NCBI RefSeq assembly: GCF_028641065.1
Contig: NC_073379.1
Location: 82,708,001-82,772,000 of the forward strand
DNA from: Leucoraja erinacea
Lineage: Eukaryota
Reading direction: 5' to 3'
Length of the DNA: 64,000 bases
In this document: piece after piece, positions 11,528 to 25,513 of the stretch
How positions within the stretch are numbered: position 1 is the first letter of the stretch
How the letters are laid out: every line of letters starts with the position of its first letter
Made by a program: the position numbers and the translations under genes
The notes under the pieces: generated by a model
What the model saw: the letters and a program-made list of their open reading frames with translations, nothing else
Databases searched by the model: none
Told to the model about the DNA's origin: nothing

Positions 11528-12661
11528 TCTATATAATTAAAAGTCTCATCTTGACCACTTCCTATCTGCGCTGTATATTGATTTTAGAAAAAATGCAACC
11601 ATATATCGCTATGATTTTTGGCCATCTTACTCACACTCCTCCGCTGAGCAGGCCCTGAGGATTTTTCCCAATAGATGAAAAATAAAACATTTCTGAGTGT
11701 TTAAAAAACCTTGAGATCCTCTCGCCTGTCAATCAACACGATGAAGGTAACGCCCCTTCCGGGGGGAGGGGGGGGGGCAGAACTATAAAACCCTGGATGC
11801 CTGGGGTCTGCAAGATCGCGAGTGAGAGGCCACGACTCTCATTATAAGCTGTGAATCAACTGAACTATGAGTCTGTAATGTACTTGCAATAAATGATTGG
11901 TTAACCCTTAATGACAATGCCATGAGTTGTTTGGCCTGTTGCCCTGCCTGTGCTTGAAACTGCAATGCTTTATTAGTTCCGACTGTGTTTGGAAGGAATA
12001 AATGCTTTATTAGGTCCGACTGTGTTTGGTTCAAAGGTCCCGCTCATTTCGTGACTTCCGCCTAGTGGACAGGTCATGCTGATTGCGTAATTTCCGGTGA
12101 GTGCAGAGGTCACGCTGATTGCGGAAGTGTCGCTGACTGCCATGTGAGTATTCAAGAAAGTTTTGCCATATATATGGTGTGTGAGTCAGTGAGTATGTCA
12201 GTGTGTGTGTGTGTGTGTATGTATGAGTTTCTGCGTGTGTGTGTGTGTGAGTGTTTGTGTGTGAGTATGTATGTAAGTGCGNNNNNNNNNNNNNNNNNNN
12301 NNNNNNNNNNNNNNNNNNNNNNNNNNNNNNNNNNNNNNNNNNNNNNNNNNNNNNNNNNNNNNNNNNNNNNNNNNNNNNNNNNNNNNNNNNNNNNNNNNNN
12401 NNNNNNNNNNNNNNNNNNNNNNNNNNNNNNNNNNNNNNNNNNNNNNNNNTGCCAGGCCAAGAATCCATTCGCCCACAATGTCCATATTATCCCTCTGGCA
12501 ACCAGCTGCTTCGGCCCACAACACCATGCTAGCGCTCCAGAAAGCCCTCCCCCTCCCACCACTGGCCAGCAATATTGGAATTGGTGGAGCGGTGCAATAT
12601 TGCGTTGGGGGACCAGCCCTCCTGTGTGAAGCTGGGACCCAACGGGTCCCACTTAGTCTAG
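11528..12661 (+). mobile_element. Non-autonomous Helitron (spans the N gap)
   Basis: a|TCTATATAATTAAAAG start; GGGACCC-AAC-GGGTCCC hairpin at 12634-12650, then CTAG|t. Confidence 0.75.
12282..12449. other. Assembly gap next to a (GT)n microsatellite
   Basis: Run of N. Confidence 0.98.
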
Positions 12662-12824
12662 TCTCTCCGAAATCTGAGTTTACCAATTGCCTATATAAGT
12701 TTATTTTTAAGACTGGCATGGTTACAAATCAAATCTCACGTTATGGTCTACAGTTGCAAACCATTATAGTTTTGTAATGAATACCTGAGATGATCAGTTC
12801 CTTGTATACATTCTTCCAGATATA

Positions 12825-14425
12825 TCTATATTACTAAAACTCTTCTCTTGTTTGTGTGTATGTATATGTGTGTGTGTCATCTGGGCACAATCTGGTTAAT
12901 TCCTATTTTCTTCCAAACGCTAGGCCACAGCCTTCCCATTTTCACACATTCTACTCACATTTTTCCCGTCGAGGCGATAAACATCTTCACGTCGCATTCC
13001 CACCTATATTTCCGAACTTTTTAATCATTTAAAGTTTTAAAAACAGCCCGAAAACTCACCCATTTTGGAAAAAAACCCGGAGTGATGTCACAATGCACTC
13101 GCAAGGCAGGACGGGACACTCCGGGAGGGAGGGGCACTCCAGTACTTATGTGGCGGCCGCTGCTGGTGCCCGACGCCCGGTGCCGAGGGTGGTGCTGGAG
13201 CTGGAGTGAGGGCCGGGGCTTTGGATGGGGCCATGACCGGGGCCGAAAAATAAGCCTCCGCTGGAACCAAGGACGAGCCTGGGACCGTTGTCAGGGACGA
13301 GCCCGGAGATGAGTTCGTAGCCTGAACTATAGCCCAAGCGGCGGCTGAGCCGACGGCTGGAGTCTACAGCCAGGGCCGGGCCGAGTACGAGAACCAGGCT
13401 GAGTTCCAGGCCCTGACGCTGCTCTACGCCTGGGTAGATAGATATAGATATAGATATAGATATAGATAGGCCATTTATTGTCACTATACATGTACAGGAA
13501 AGCTGCTCGAAACAAAAAACATAAACAGAAATGACTGAGGCATAGGGAGAATGGCACAAAAAACAAGTAGAGGGAGATGAGGGGGGGGGGGGGGGGGGGG
13601 GGGGGGGATGGGGGGGTTCTGTGGCGCTAGATAGGGATATACATATATACAGATGGAAGTCCGGTTGGGCGGTTGTAGTCAGTGCATGTGTGAATTTGAG
13701 TTTATAGTAGATATAGTTCTCGGAAAGCAACTATTCCTGAGTCTGTTTGTCCTGGATTTGATGCACCTATAGCGCCTTCCAGAGGGCAGCAGGTCGAACA
13801 GTCCAAGTGCAGGATGGGAGCTGTCTTTGATGATCTTCTTTGCCCTGCTAAGGCTGCGGGAGGTGTAGATGTCTCAGGGAGGGGAGAGGGCAGCCCCTCC
13901 CGCTGTCCTGGTTACCCTCTGAAGCCTCTCCCTCTCTACCATGGTGCAGCCCTACCATGCTAATGCAGGATGTCAGAATGGACGAGCGGTAGGGTGAGCA
14001 GAGGTTAGAGTCCAGGTAGGACCTGGGGCAGGGAATGGAAGAGGATGAGGGAAATGATGAGGAGGGAGATGGAGTGGGGTGGTAGCTGTAGGGGGGGGGG
14101 GGGGGGGGGGGGGGGGGTGGAGAGGAGATGGGGGATATTGCATTGGGGAAGAAGGTGATGAACAACGGGATCCCCATTTGGTCTAGTCTTACATTAAAAA
14201 TCAAAGTGCCCCTCTCCCTCCCCTCCCGCCCCCCTCTCTTATACCGCCCCCCCTCTACCCCCCCTTCCCTCTCTAGGGATTGAAGAGGGAGGGTGAAGAG
14301 GAGGAGGAGGGAGTGCTGGGGGATGAGGAGAAATGAGCCGCTCCTGCGTAGCTGGGGGCTATGCATGAGTGGTGCAATATTGCGTTGGGGAACAGGTGAG
14401 AACAACGGGTCTGCACTTGGTCTAG
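12825..14425 (+). mobile_element. Second non-autonomous Helitron with two 3' ends and a nested Rex1 fragment (about 13460-13880, minus)
   Basis: a|TCTATATTACTAAAA start; AACAACGGG..TTGGTCTAG|t ending at 14186 and 14425. Confidence 0.65.
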
Positions 14426-15974
14426 TTTACATTAAACATCAAAGTGATGGTCTGGCTAGACAATTGTCTCAGGGTAGGCGCTGGTAAGAGCATATCTTTG
14501 GGTTGAGAGGGGAGTGGAAAGAAGGAAATCCATACAATCTCAGAGAGAACATGTAATCTCCACACAGCAATGGAGGTTAGGATTACTTCCTGGTCACAGG
14601 ATCGCTGAGGCAAAACTGTACTAACTGTATCACCTAATCTACCTCAACACTGTCCTCCAAAAGAAATTGGAATTAACAATTATCGAAGAACCAGTCATCT
14701 GATTATCACTAACAAATCAATAACTTTCCTTGCTTAAATCACTGATTACAGATCACAAATTGCTGATATCCCAATACTAACCTTTGCTGGATTTCACCTG
14801 TTACAGCCTAACAATTTAATTAAATTTAAATACCATTTTGTTAGTATTACTATTTTGTTTGTATTTTGTTGGCATTGCATAAGGTATGCATGTAAAAAAA
14901 ACTTGTAAGTTATTTGAATCTCTATTTAGTTAAGTGAAAATGAACTGGTTTTGGGCTGTTTCATTATTTCCTGTGATTTTCTTTCTTGATTCTTGGGTCG
15001 AGACCCTTCTTCAGACTGATTAGGGATAAGGGAAATGAGAGACATAGTGATGTGGAGAGATAAAGAACAATGAATGAAAGATATGCAAAAAAAGTAACAA
15101 TGGTAAAGGAAACGGGCTGTTTGTAGGGTGAAAATGAGAAGCTGGTGTGGCTTGGGTGGGGGGAGGGATAGAGAGAGAGGGAATGCCGGGGCTACCTGAA
15201 TTAAGAGAAATCAATATTCATACCACCAAGCGAAGGCACTGGAAAACACTGAGGACAGAAAGGTCTGTGTAGGAATGGGAAGAAGAATTAAAGCGTCCAG
15301 CAACCGGGAGATCAAGTTGGTTCACGCGGGCTGAGCGAAGGTGTTCCGCGAAACGATCTGCATTTGGTCTCGCCGATGTATAAGAGCCCACATCTTGAAC
15401 AACGGATACAGTAGACGAGGTTGGAGGACGTGCAAGTAAACCTCTACCTAACCTGAAAGGACTGTCGACAGGTGTTACATATTTTGCGTTTGCAGGGGAA
15501 GGTACCTGAGGAGGAGGCGGTTTGGGTGGGAAAGGACGAGTTAGCCAGGGAGTTGCGGAGGGAATGGTCTCTGCGGAAGGCGGAAAGGGGTGGAGATGGG
15601 AAACTGGCTAGAGGTGGGATCCCGTTGGAGGTTGCGGAAATATTAGATGCGATGGCTGATGGGATGGAACCAGGGGGACTTTGTCTCTGTTGCGGGGAGG
15701 GGGAGCAAGGGCGAAGCTTAGGGGTACTGAGGAGACGTGTGAGGGCCTCATCTATCATGGAAGAGGGGAACCCCCGTTCCCTAAAGAATGAGGACATCTC
15801 AGTTGGTCCAGTATGGAACACCTCATCTTGGCTGCAGATGTGTAGATGGAGGAATTGGGAGTAGGGGATAGAGTCTTTGCAGGAAGCAGGGTTGGAAGAA
15901 GTGTAGTTGAGATAGTTGTGAGATAGTACGCTACATCTTGAAGATATGAGACTAATCTTCGCAGTAAAATCAGA

Positions 15975-18900
15975 GCAATTTTTAAAGATATGGTCTCCAT
16001 ATAACCATATAACAATTACAGCACGGAAACAGGCCACCTCGGCCTTTCTAGTCCATGCCGAACACTTATTCTCCCCTAGTCCCATCTACCTGCACTCAGA
16101 CCATAACCCTCCATTCCTTTCCCGTCCATATAACTATCCAATTTATTTTTAAATGATAAAATCGAACCTGCCTCCATCACCTCCACTGGAAGCTCATTCC
16201 ACACAGCTACCACTCTCTGAGTAAAGACGTTCCCCCTCATGTCACCCCTAAACTTCTGTCCCTTAATTCTCAAGTCATGTCCACTTATTTGAATCTTCCC
16301 TACTCTCAGTGGGAAAAGCTTATCCACGTCAACTCTGTCTATCCCTCTCATCATTTTAAAGACCTCTATCAAGTCCCCCTTTAACCTTCTGCTCTCCAAA
16401 GAATAAAGACCAAACTTGTTCAACCTTTCTCTGTAACTTAGTTGCTGAAACCCAGGCAACATTCTAGTAAATCTCCTCTGTACTCTCTCTAAATTTTGAC
16501 ATCCTTCCGATAATTAGGCGACCAAAATTGTACACCATACTCCAGAATTGGCCTCACCAATGCCTTGTACAATTTTAACATTATATCCCAACTTCTATAC
16601 TCAATGCTCTGATTTATAAAGGCCAGCACACCAAAAGCTTTCTTTACCACCCTGTCTACATGAGATTCCACCTTCAGGGAACTGTGCACAGTTATTCCTA
16701 GATCCCTCTGTTCAACTGCATTCCTCAATTCACTACCATTTACCATGCACGTCCTATTTTGATTTGTCCTGCCAAGATGTAGCACCTCACACATATCAGC
16801 ATTAAACTCCATCTGCCATCTTTCAGCCCACTTTTCCAAATGGCCTAAATCTCTCTGTAGACTTTGAAAATCTACTTCATTATTCACAACACCACCTATC
16901 TTAGTATCATCAAATGGTGTTGTACTTCCGGTGGCGCTGGTGCCAGCTGCCTCCACCTTCAGCCCGGTATCTTTTTGTTTTTTCGTTTCTTTTGTTATGT
17001 TGAAGTGTGTTTTTTATGTTTTTTTTTTAATGTTTTAATGTGGGGGAAGAGGGTACGGTAAGGGGGATACCGTCCTTCAGTCGCTTCCTAGAGAGGGCGC
17101 GACTATTATTCGAGTCGCGTCCTCGCTCCCCCCCCCCCCCCCCCCCCCCCAGCGGCATACCCACTGGATTGGCGCGGCCTTTCCTGCCTGGACCGACCAG
17201 AGCTCCAGCAGCGGCGGCACAGCGCTGATACATCGCGGGGCTGGCGATGCCTTACCGGGGATCGCCGTCTGGAGCCCGGAGTGCTGGGCCTGTGGCACCG
17301 ACATCCTGGAGCTGTGGTTCGCGGAGCTCCCAACGCGGGCGGCGCTGACAAACATCGTAGGGTCCTGCGACTCTGCCCGGCTCTGCCTGTGGACTCGGGA
17401 GCTGTGGACTCCCGTGGGAGGCGGCTGATCGGGAGGTCCGGGCCGCTGAGGAGGATTTTTCACTGTCGGGCATCGGCGTTCCATCAGCCCGGCGAGAGGG
17501 CCTGAGCATCAGGCCGCCCGGGGGTGGCGACTACGGGTGTTCGGAAGGCCCCGACCACGGGTGAACATCTGGGAAGATCGGAGGGAGGCTGGCTGGACTA
17601 TGGTGCCTTCCTCACCTTGGTGCCATTGTGTTATGTTGTGTCGTGGACTTCTGTGTTTGTGCTTTTTTTTTAAATTCTATTTTATTTTTTATGTTTTATT
17701 ACTTATTATTTATTTATTTTTATGATGCTGACTGTAAAGGGAAATTCATTTCGTTGTCTCTAATTGAGACAATGACAATAAATTTGAATACAATACAATA
17801 CAATACAATCATCTGCATACTTACTAATCCAATTTACCACACCATCATCCAGATCATTGATGTACGTGACAAACAACAGTGGACCCAACACAGATCCCTG
17901 TGGCACCCCACTAATCACTGGCCTCCAACCTGACAAACAGCCATCCACCATTACTCTCTGACATCTCCCATTCAGCCACTGTTGAATCCATCTTGCTACT
18001 CCACCATTAATGCCCAACAATTGAACCTCCTTAACCAACCTTCCATGAGCGACCTTGTCAAAGGCCTTACTGGTCCATATATACAACATCCACGGCTTTA
18101 CCCTCATCAATTTCCCGAGTAACCTCTTCAAAAAATTCAAGGTTAGTCAAACATGACTTTCCAGGCACAAATCCATGCTGACAGTTCCTAATCAGACCCT
18201 GTTTATCCAGATGTTTATATATATTATCTCTAAGTATCCTTTCCATTAATTTACCCACCACTGACGTCAAACTAACAGGTCTATAATTGCTAGGTTTACT
18301 CTTAGAACCCTTTTTAAACAATGGAACAACATGCGTAGTACACCAATCCTCCGGCACTAATCCCGTTTCTAATGACATTTGAAATATTTCAGTCATAGCC
18401 CCTGATATTTGTCAAAAGTGTCAGTACTTCCTCTTCTTTGAATCTCATAGTTTCCATAGCTACTCTACTTGTTTCCCTTACCTCACATAATTCAATATCC
18501 TTCTCCTTGGTGAATACCAATGAAAAGAAATTGTTCAATATCTCCCCCATCTCTCTTTTGGCTCTGCAGATAGCTGTCCACTCTGACCCTCTAATGGACC
18601 AATTTTATCCCTCGTTATCCTTTTGCTATTAATATAGCTGTAGAAACCCTTTGGATTTACTTTCACCTTACTTGCCAAAGCAACCTCATATCTTTTTGCT
18701 TTTCTAATTTCTTTCTTAAGATTCTTCTTACATTCTTTATACTCCTCAAGCACCTCATTTACTTCCATGCTGCCTATAATTATTGTAGATCTCTCTTTTT
18801 TTCCGAACCAAGTGTCCAATTTCCCTTGAAAACCATGGCTCTTTCCAATTTTTACTATTTCCTTTCAACCAAATGGACATAAAGATTCTGTACTCTTAAA

Positions 18901-19310
18901 ATGACACCTTTAAATGTCTTTCATTTCTCTTCCACATCTTTCCCATAAAACAAAATGTCCCAAGTCACTCCTTTTAAATCCTTTCGCATCTGCCTCAAAG
19001 TTAGCCTTTCTCCAATCAAAAATCTCAACCCTAGGTCCAGTTCTGACCCTCTCCATAATTATATTGAAACTAATGGTATTGTGATCGCTGGACCCGAACT
19101 GTTCCCCAACACATACCTCTGCCACCTGACCTGTCTCATTTCCTAACAGGAGGTCCAGCACCGCCCCTTCTCTAGTAGGTACCTCTATGTATTGATGCAA
19201 AAAACTGTCCTGCACACATTTTACAAACTCCAAACCATCCAGCCCATTTACAGAATGTGTTTCCCAGTCTATGTGTGGAAATTTGAAATCTCCCTCAATC
19301 ACTACCTTTC
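15975..19310 (-). mobile_element. CR1 (divergent subfamily), endonuclease end through RT and 3' UTR
   Basis: GDF.FPHIDW, LDLLLGNE, SDH, NYRPVSLTS, GVPQGSVLGP, YADD. Confidence 0.9.
16912..17807 (+). mobile_element. GC-rich non-coding retroposon with (CAATA)n tail and 6-bp TSD ATCATC
   Basis: Splits the CR1 YADD|DTK region; ATCATC at 16906-16911 and 17808-17813; ACTTCCGG near the 5' end. Confidence 0.8.
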
Positions 19311-19549
19311 ATTGATTCATTACAAGTATAGTACCAAAAGTGCTGTACAGGGAAATCAACAAAAAGTGCAACCATTAAGACAGGACTATAAAAACACATT
19401 AAAAGCACTAAAACAGGAACAATGTCTCAGCCAGTGTCGAAAGCCAGTTTTTACAAGTACAAGTATAGTATGGTGCAACACACTCTGGAATTAAACCGAT
19501 TCACGAACAGGGTGATGGGTGTGGTGAGAAATGAAGCAGGTATATCAAC

Positions 19550-19822
19550 ACATAACGGTCTCTTTTTTTCTTTTTCTTTATTATTTTTGGTTTTTGTCTT
19601 CTTACTCTTCTATGGGCTTTTACTCGTTCACTCCTAGACTGCACTATCTGCTAGTCTAGGGGTTTACACATCACTATTTCTCTCACTTTCTCTCTCTCGC
19701 TCCTTCTCTCTTGTTCTAATTCTCTCTTGTTAAATTTAAAATAGTACATTAAATGTATTTTGTCATATGCCGCGGTTTATACTACTACTCTAATAAAAAT
19801 ACAAATTAATTTTTTATTTTTA
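19550..19822 (+). mobile_element. L1/Tx1-like 3' UTR fragment
   Basis: Pyrimidine-rich tract ending CTAATAAAAATA; resembles the reverse complement of 53275-53667. Confidence 0.45.
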
Positions 19823-22021
19823 AAAGAGATAGTTGTGAGAGCCAGTGGGTTTGTAATAGACGTCAGTCAATAGTCTATTTCTTGTGATGGAAACTGAGAT
19901 CAAGAAAGGGGAGGGAGGTATTGGGGATGGTCTAAGTAAATTGGAGTGCTGGATGAATAATGATGGTGGTGGATGAAATCCATGCATTCTGCATGGGTGC
20001 AGGAGGTAGCACCGATGCAATCATCAATGTAACAGAGATAGATTTTGGGGATAGGCCAGTGCATGCCTGGAACAGGGATTGTTCAACGTACCCTACAAAG
20101 AGGCAGGCATCGCTGGTGCCCATGTGAGTGCCCATAGCTATACCTTGGATGGAGGAAGTGGGTTGTGTCAAAGGAGAAGATGTAAAGAGTGAGGACCAGC
20201 TCCGCTAGGCGGAGTAGAGTGTTAGTCGAGCGAAATTGGATGATTCTGTGGTCAAGGAAGAAACGGAGGGCTTTAAGACCTTCCTGGTGAGGGATGGAGA
20301 TGTTGAGTGACTGAACCTCCATAGTAAAGAGGAGGGAGTGGGGGCCCAGAAAGTGGAAGTATTAAAGAGACGAAGGGCATGTGAAGTATCTTGGACATAG
20401 GACGGGAGAGATTGGACCAGGTGGGTAGGATGGAGTCAAGGTATGTGGAAATCAATGTGGTCAGAGGAGGGCCGGGTTGTGGATAAAGGCCGAGGCGAGA
20501 TCTGATGGGGGGGGGGGGGGGGGGGGGGGGGGGGGTGGTGGGTGTTTAGAGAGGGAGGGTGGCGTGAGGACTATAGTATGGGTGGGGTGGGGTGGTCGGG
20601 GTAACCTGGTTAAAAGATGGGGAAGGGGAAGACCCATCACTACTGAGGTTCCCTGTAGGAGGGGTGAGGGGGCACTAGAACCTAGCAGAGTAAGGCCACG
20701 TGGTGTTGGAGTCTGCATCGTGGAGGCTGTGGGTCTGGCGCTGAGCCTGGAACTCGGGTGAGGCAATGGCTCCGACCCGCTGGTGGGCGGTGGAGAGTTG
20801 GAGAGGCGAGGGTTTGCGGAGTCGCTGGTGGAGGCCCGTGGGGGGCTGGGGTAGATAGGGACGGCGGCAGCTGCAGCAGCATCGGTGGTCTCGGGGAGAC
20901 AGTGAAGGCCAGTGACGGCCGTGGCCCCAGGGAGGCGGTGAGATGCGGTGAGAGTCGGCGACCGTGGCAGTTTTGGTGTTTTAGGCCTGGGTTCGGCCGG
21001 GAAGGCGGTGAAGGTCGGAGAGGCGGTGGTGCTGCTCCTTGTGGTGGCAATCTCGTGTTCAGGCAGGCGTCGCGGTCCAGCAGTGGAGTCACAGGCTTGC
21101 GGGTGGTCGAGTCGAGGAGTGTCGGTGGAGGGACCGGTCTGGAGGTGGGAAAGCTTGTGATCCTTTGAATGAACGAAAGGTATGCAAAAATATAAGGATG
21201 GTAAAGGAAACGGGCCATTGTAAGCTGTTTGTAGGGTGAAAATGAGAAGCTGGTGTGACTTGGGTGGGGGAGGTATAGAGAGAGAGGGAATGCCGGCGGG
21301 GCTACCTGAAGTGAGAGAAATCAATATTCATACCACTGGGCTGTAAGCTGCCCAAAGTGGAATATGAGATGCTGTTCCTCCAATTTGTGTTTAGCCTCAC
21401 TCTGACAATGGAGGAGACCTTTATCATTGTTACTTTTCTGCATATCTTTCATTCATTGTTTACAATGGAGCACAGTGACCGAGGGCGGGAGGGTGTGGGA
21501 GGGGGATGTCCCCTCTCCCATGGTAGGTAGCTGTCGCGTTTTTTAGCTTGAAATTGTGCAATCTGGTGCATACTGTTGAGAGTCTTTTAATATACACTTG
21601 AATGCAACATTTATGCTTTAAATTGGATTAGGTATGAATATGGTTAGGCTAAATTACATTCCTAATTACAATCTACAGTCGAACCAGACTCTGATCAACA
21701 GGTGCAGCACATGAATGACCTTAATATATTCATGTATGGAAATCAGATTATAATTCATGCTGTGATGCATATGTAATATAAAGATAAAAACAGAGAAACA
21801 AGGCAAGAGTCGGACTTCCATCACTGTTCTGCACAAATAAATCAATCAACCTTACCCTTTGACTATAGAAACAAGACGAAAATAATGCCACATATTCAAT
21901 CGTATATGGTTCAATGAAATTAAGATATATATGTAAAACATATATATGGAAACATGCCCTTCAGCCCACCAAGTCCACATCGACCAACAATCTATCATAC
22001 ACCAGTTCCATCCTGGTGTAT

Positions 22022-23742
22022 GATAGATTGAACAGGTACTTTGGATCTGTCTTCACTAAGGAGGACACAAACAATCTTCCTGATATAGTAGTGGCCAGAG
22101 GATCTGGGGTGACAGAGAAACTGAAGGAAATCCACATTAGACAGGAAATTGTGTTGATAGACTGATGGGACTGAAGACTGATAAATCCCCAGGGCCTGAT
22201 GGTCTGCATCCCAGGGTACTTAAGGAAGTGGCTCCAGAAATCGTGGATACATTGGTGATAATTTTCCAATGTTCTATAGACTCAGGATCAGTTCCTGTGG
22301 ATTGGAGGGTAGCTGATGTCATCCCACTTTTTAAGAAAGGCGGGAGAGAGAAAACGGGGAATTATAGACCAGTTAGCCTGACATCGGTGGTGGGGAAGAT
22401 GCAGGAGTCAATTATAAAAGATGAGATAGCCGCACATTTGGATCGGTCCGAGTCAGCTTGGATTTAAGAAGGGGAAATCATGCTTGACTAATCTTCTGGA
22501 ATTTTTTGAAGATATAACTAGGAAAATGGACAAGGGAGAGCCAGTGGATGTAGTGTACCTGGACTTTCAGAAAGCATTTGATAAGGACCCACATATGAGA
22601 TAAGTGGGCAAAATTAAGGCACATGGTATTGGGGGTAGAGCGCTGACATGGATAGAGAAGTGGTTGGCAGACAGGAAACAAAGAGTAGGGATTAACGGGT
22701 CCCTTTCAGAATGGCAGGCAGTGACTAGTGGGGTACCCCAAGGCTCGGTGCTGTGACCGCAGCTATTTACAATATACATCAATGATTTGGATGAAGGGAT
22801 TCAAAGTAACATTAGCAAATTTGCAGATGACACAAAGCTGGGTGGCAGTGTGAACTGTGAGGAGGATGCTACGAGAATGCAGGGTGACTTGGACAGGTTG
22901 GGGAATGGGCAGATGCAATGCAGATGAAGTTTAATGCGGATAAATGTGAGGTTATCCACTTTGGTAGCAAAAACAGGAAGGTAGATTACTATCTAAATGG
23001 CGTCAAGTTGGGAAAAGGGGAAGTACAACGGGATCTGGGGGGTCCTTGTACATCAGTCTATGAAAGTAAGCATGCAGGTACAGCAGGCAGTGAAGAAAGT
23101 CAATGGCATGTTGGCCTTTATAACAAGAGGAATCGAATATAGAAGAAAAGATGTCCTTCTGCAGTTGTACAGAGCCCCAGTGAGACCACACCTGGAGTAT
23201 TGTGTGCAGTTTTGGTCCCCTAATTTGAGGAAGGACATTCTTGCTATTGAGGGAGTGCAGCATAGGTTTACAAGGTTAATTCCCGGGATGGCGGGACTGT
23301 CATATGCTAAGAGAATGGAGCAGCTGGGCTTGCACAGTCTGGAGTTTAGAAGGATGAGAGGGAATCTCATTGAAACATATAAGATTGTTAAGGGCTTGGA
23401 CACACTAGAGGCAGGAAACATTTTCCCGATGTTGGGGGAGTCCAGAACCAGGGGCCACAGTTTAAGAATTAGGAGTAAGCCATTTAGAACGGAGCCGAGG
23501 AAACACTTTTTCTCACAGAGAGTGGTGAGTCTGTGGAATTTTCTGCCTCAGAGAGCGGTGGAGGCAGGTTCTCTGGATGCTTTCAAGGGAGAGCTAGATA
23601 AGGCTCTTAAAAATAGCAGTCAGGGGATATGGGGAGAAGCAAGGAACGGGATACTGATTGGGGATGATCAGCCATGATCACATTTAATTGCGGTGCTGGC
23701 TCGAAGGGTCAAATGGCCTACTCCTGCACCTATTGTCTATTG
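22022..23742 (+). mobile_element. 5'-truncated CR1 inserted in a SINE
   Basis: KSPGPDGLHP, RT motifs, 3' UTR with (ctattgt) tail; SINE remnants on both sides. Confidence 0.9.
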
Positions 23743-24364
23743 TCCGTCCTACACACCAGGGACAATTTACAGAAGCCAATTAACCTACAAACCTGCACTT
23801 CTTTCGGATGTGGGAGAAACCGGAATATCCAGAGAAAACCCATGTGCGTAGTTAGGCAGCAACTCTACCGCTGCGCCACCGTGCCACCCCACTAAATTAT
23901 TTTTTCTGTAATATATTTATTATGGTGTCACGTCAATAAAGATGAACACATCATTCTGATTTCTACCCTTAGTTGGATAACACACATCTCCAGTCATTGT
24001 GTTTTATGGCTGGTTTTCAAACTCTTCAGTCTGAAGGTCTCGATCTGAAACATCACCTATTCTTTCTCTCCGGAGATGCTGCCTGGCCTGCTGAGTTTTT
24101 CCTAGTTTTTAGTGTCTATCTTCAGTTTAAACTAGCATCTGCAGTTTCTTCCTACACTCTTTGTTAAGCGAAACAGGTCCTATTCTCATATTATTCACCT
24201 CAAGTAAGTTTTTTCTTCACCTCCGTTGCTGCAGAGAATATAATCCCAGTTATCAAATCTTTCTTCAAAGTAAAAAAAAAAATTCCAGCCCTGCCAACAT
24301 CTTCATAAATCGCCCCTGGATCCTCTCCAGAGCAATTGCACCCTTTCTACAATGTGTCATAGTT

Positions 24365-24962
24365 TAAAGGATTTGAGTATAGGAGCAGGGAGGTTCTACT
24401 GCAGTTGTACAGGGCCTTGGTGAGACCACACTTGGAACATTGCATACAATTTTGGTCTCCTAATCTGAGGAAAGACATTCTTGCCATAGAAGGAGTACAG
24501 AGAAGGTTCACCAGACTGATTCCTGGGATAGCAGGACTTTCATATGAAGAAAGACTGGATTGACTCGGTTTGTACTCGCTAGAATTTAGAAGATTGAGGG
24601 GGGATCTTATAGATACTTACAAAATTCTTAAGAGGTTGGACAGGCTAGATGCAGGAAGATTGTTCCCGATGTTGGGGAAGTCCAGAACAAGGGGTCACAG
24701 TTTAAGGATAAGGGGGAAATCTTTTAGGACCGAGTTTACACAGAGAGTGGTGAATCTCTGGAATTCTCTGCCACAGAAGGTAGTTGAGGCCAGTGCATTG
24801 GCTATATTTAAGAAGGAGTTAGATGTGGCTAAAGGGATCAGGGGTATGGAGAGAAGGCAGGTACAGGATACTGAGTTGGATGATCAGCCATGATCATATT
24901 GAATGGCGGTGCATTCAAAGGGCCGAATGGCCTAATCCTGCACCTATTTTCTATGTTTCTAT
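24365..24962 (+). mobile_element. CR1 3' fragment
   Basis: ORF 24570..24893, CR1 C-terminus and tail. Confidence 0.9.
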
Positions 24963-25513
24963 AAGCCACTATCAAATCTATTTTTTTGGTGCAGAAAAAA
25001 TGAAAATAAAAGTCTAAAATTGAATGTTATTTTTTTTCACATTTAAGGAAAATAGAAGTAACCTTATTACTCAATGTGGGTTATAGTATGAGAAATTCTG
25101 ACACATTTTCCTCACATTTTCCTTTTGGTGTTGGTCGCTGCATCGACTTTTGAAGAGCTCATGATGATTGAGTGTAGGGACTGTACACTTTTGTCTTCGA
25201 GAAGCCCCTTGTCGACCCTGTTCACTGAATATCCAAGTAATATATCACAAGAATAAATTTGCTAATTATATGAATCATACTATTATGATGTCAATTCAAT
25301 GACCTTTATATTTGCTTAGCAACAGGAATGGCCTATGACTTAACTGATGTAACAATTGCTTTCATTTCTGGGTGCACATTGCTTTACACAAAGTGTGTCT
25401 TTTGATCTTTGTAAAGATATCAAACCAAATACTACAAATACTGTATGCCAATAACTTTTACAACACTGCATCACAATAGCTGCGAGCAGCAAATGTAACT
25501 TGCTGAATCATAC

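Larger units (their letters stand above)
14995..21420 (-). mobile_element. Near-complete degraded Penelope-like element with upstream partial tandem 3' repeat, split by nested insertions
   Basis: RT motifs LAELVL, QGIAMGTHMG, LFVGYVE, VYYKPT; SIPYSQF; 21165-21330 repeats 15070-15230. Confidence 0.8.

Noticed and set aside
12031-12777. Long ORFs across the N gap
   Set aside because: Artefacts of Ns and (GT)n repeats
20461-21324. 287-aa Pro/Ser/Thr-rich ORF
   Set aside because: GC-rich N-terminal region of the Penelope element plus a poly-G run; not a host gene
25060-25225. Exon-like minus-strand segment near the candidate TEX43 first exon
   Set aside because: The longest frame ends in TGA and there is no convincing in-phase GT donor
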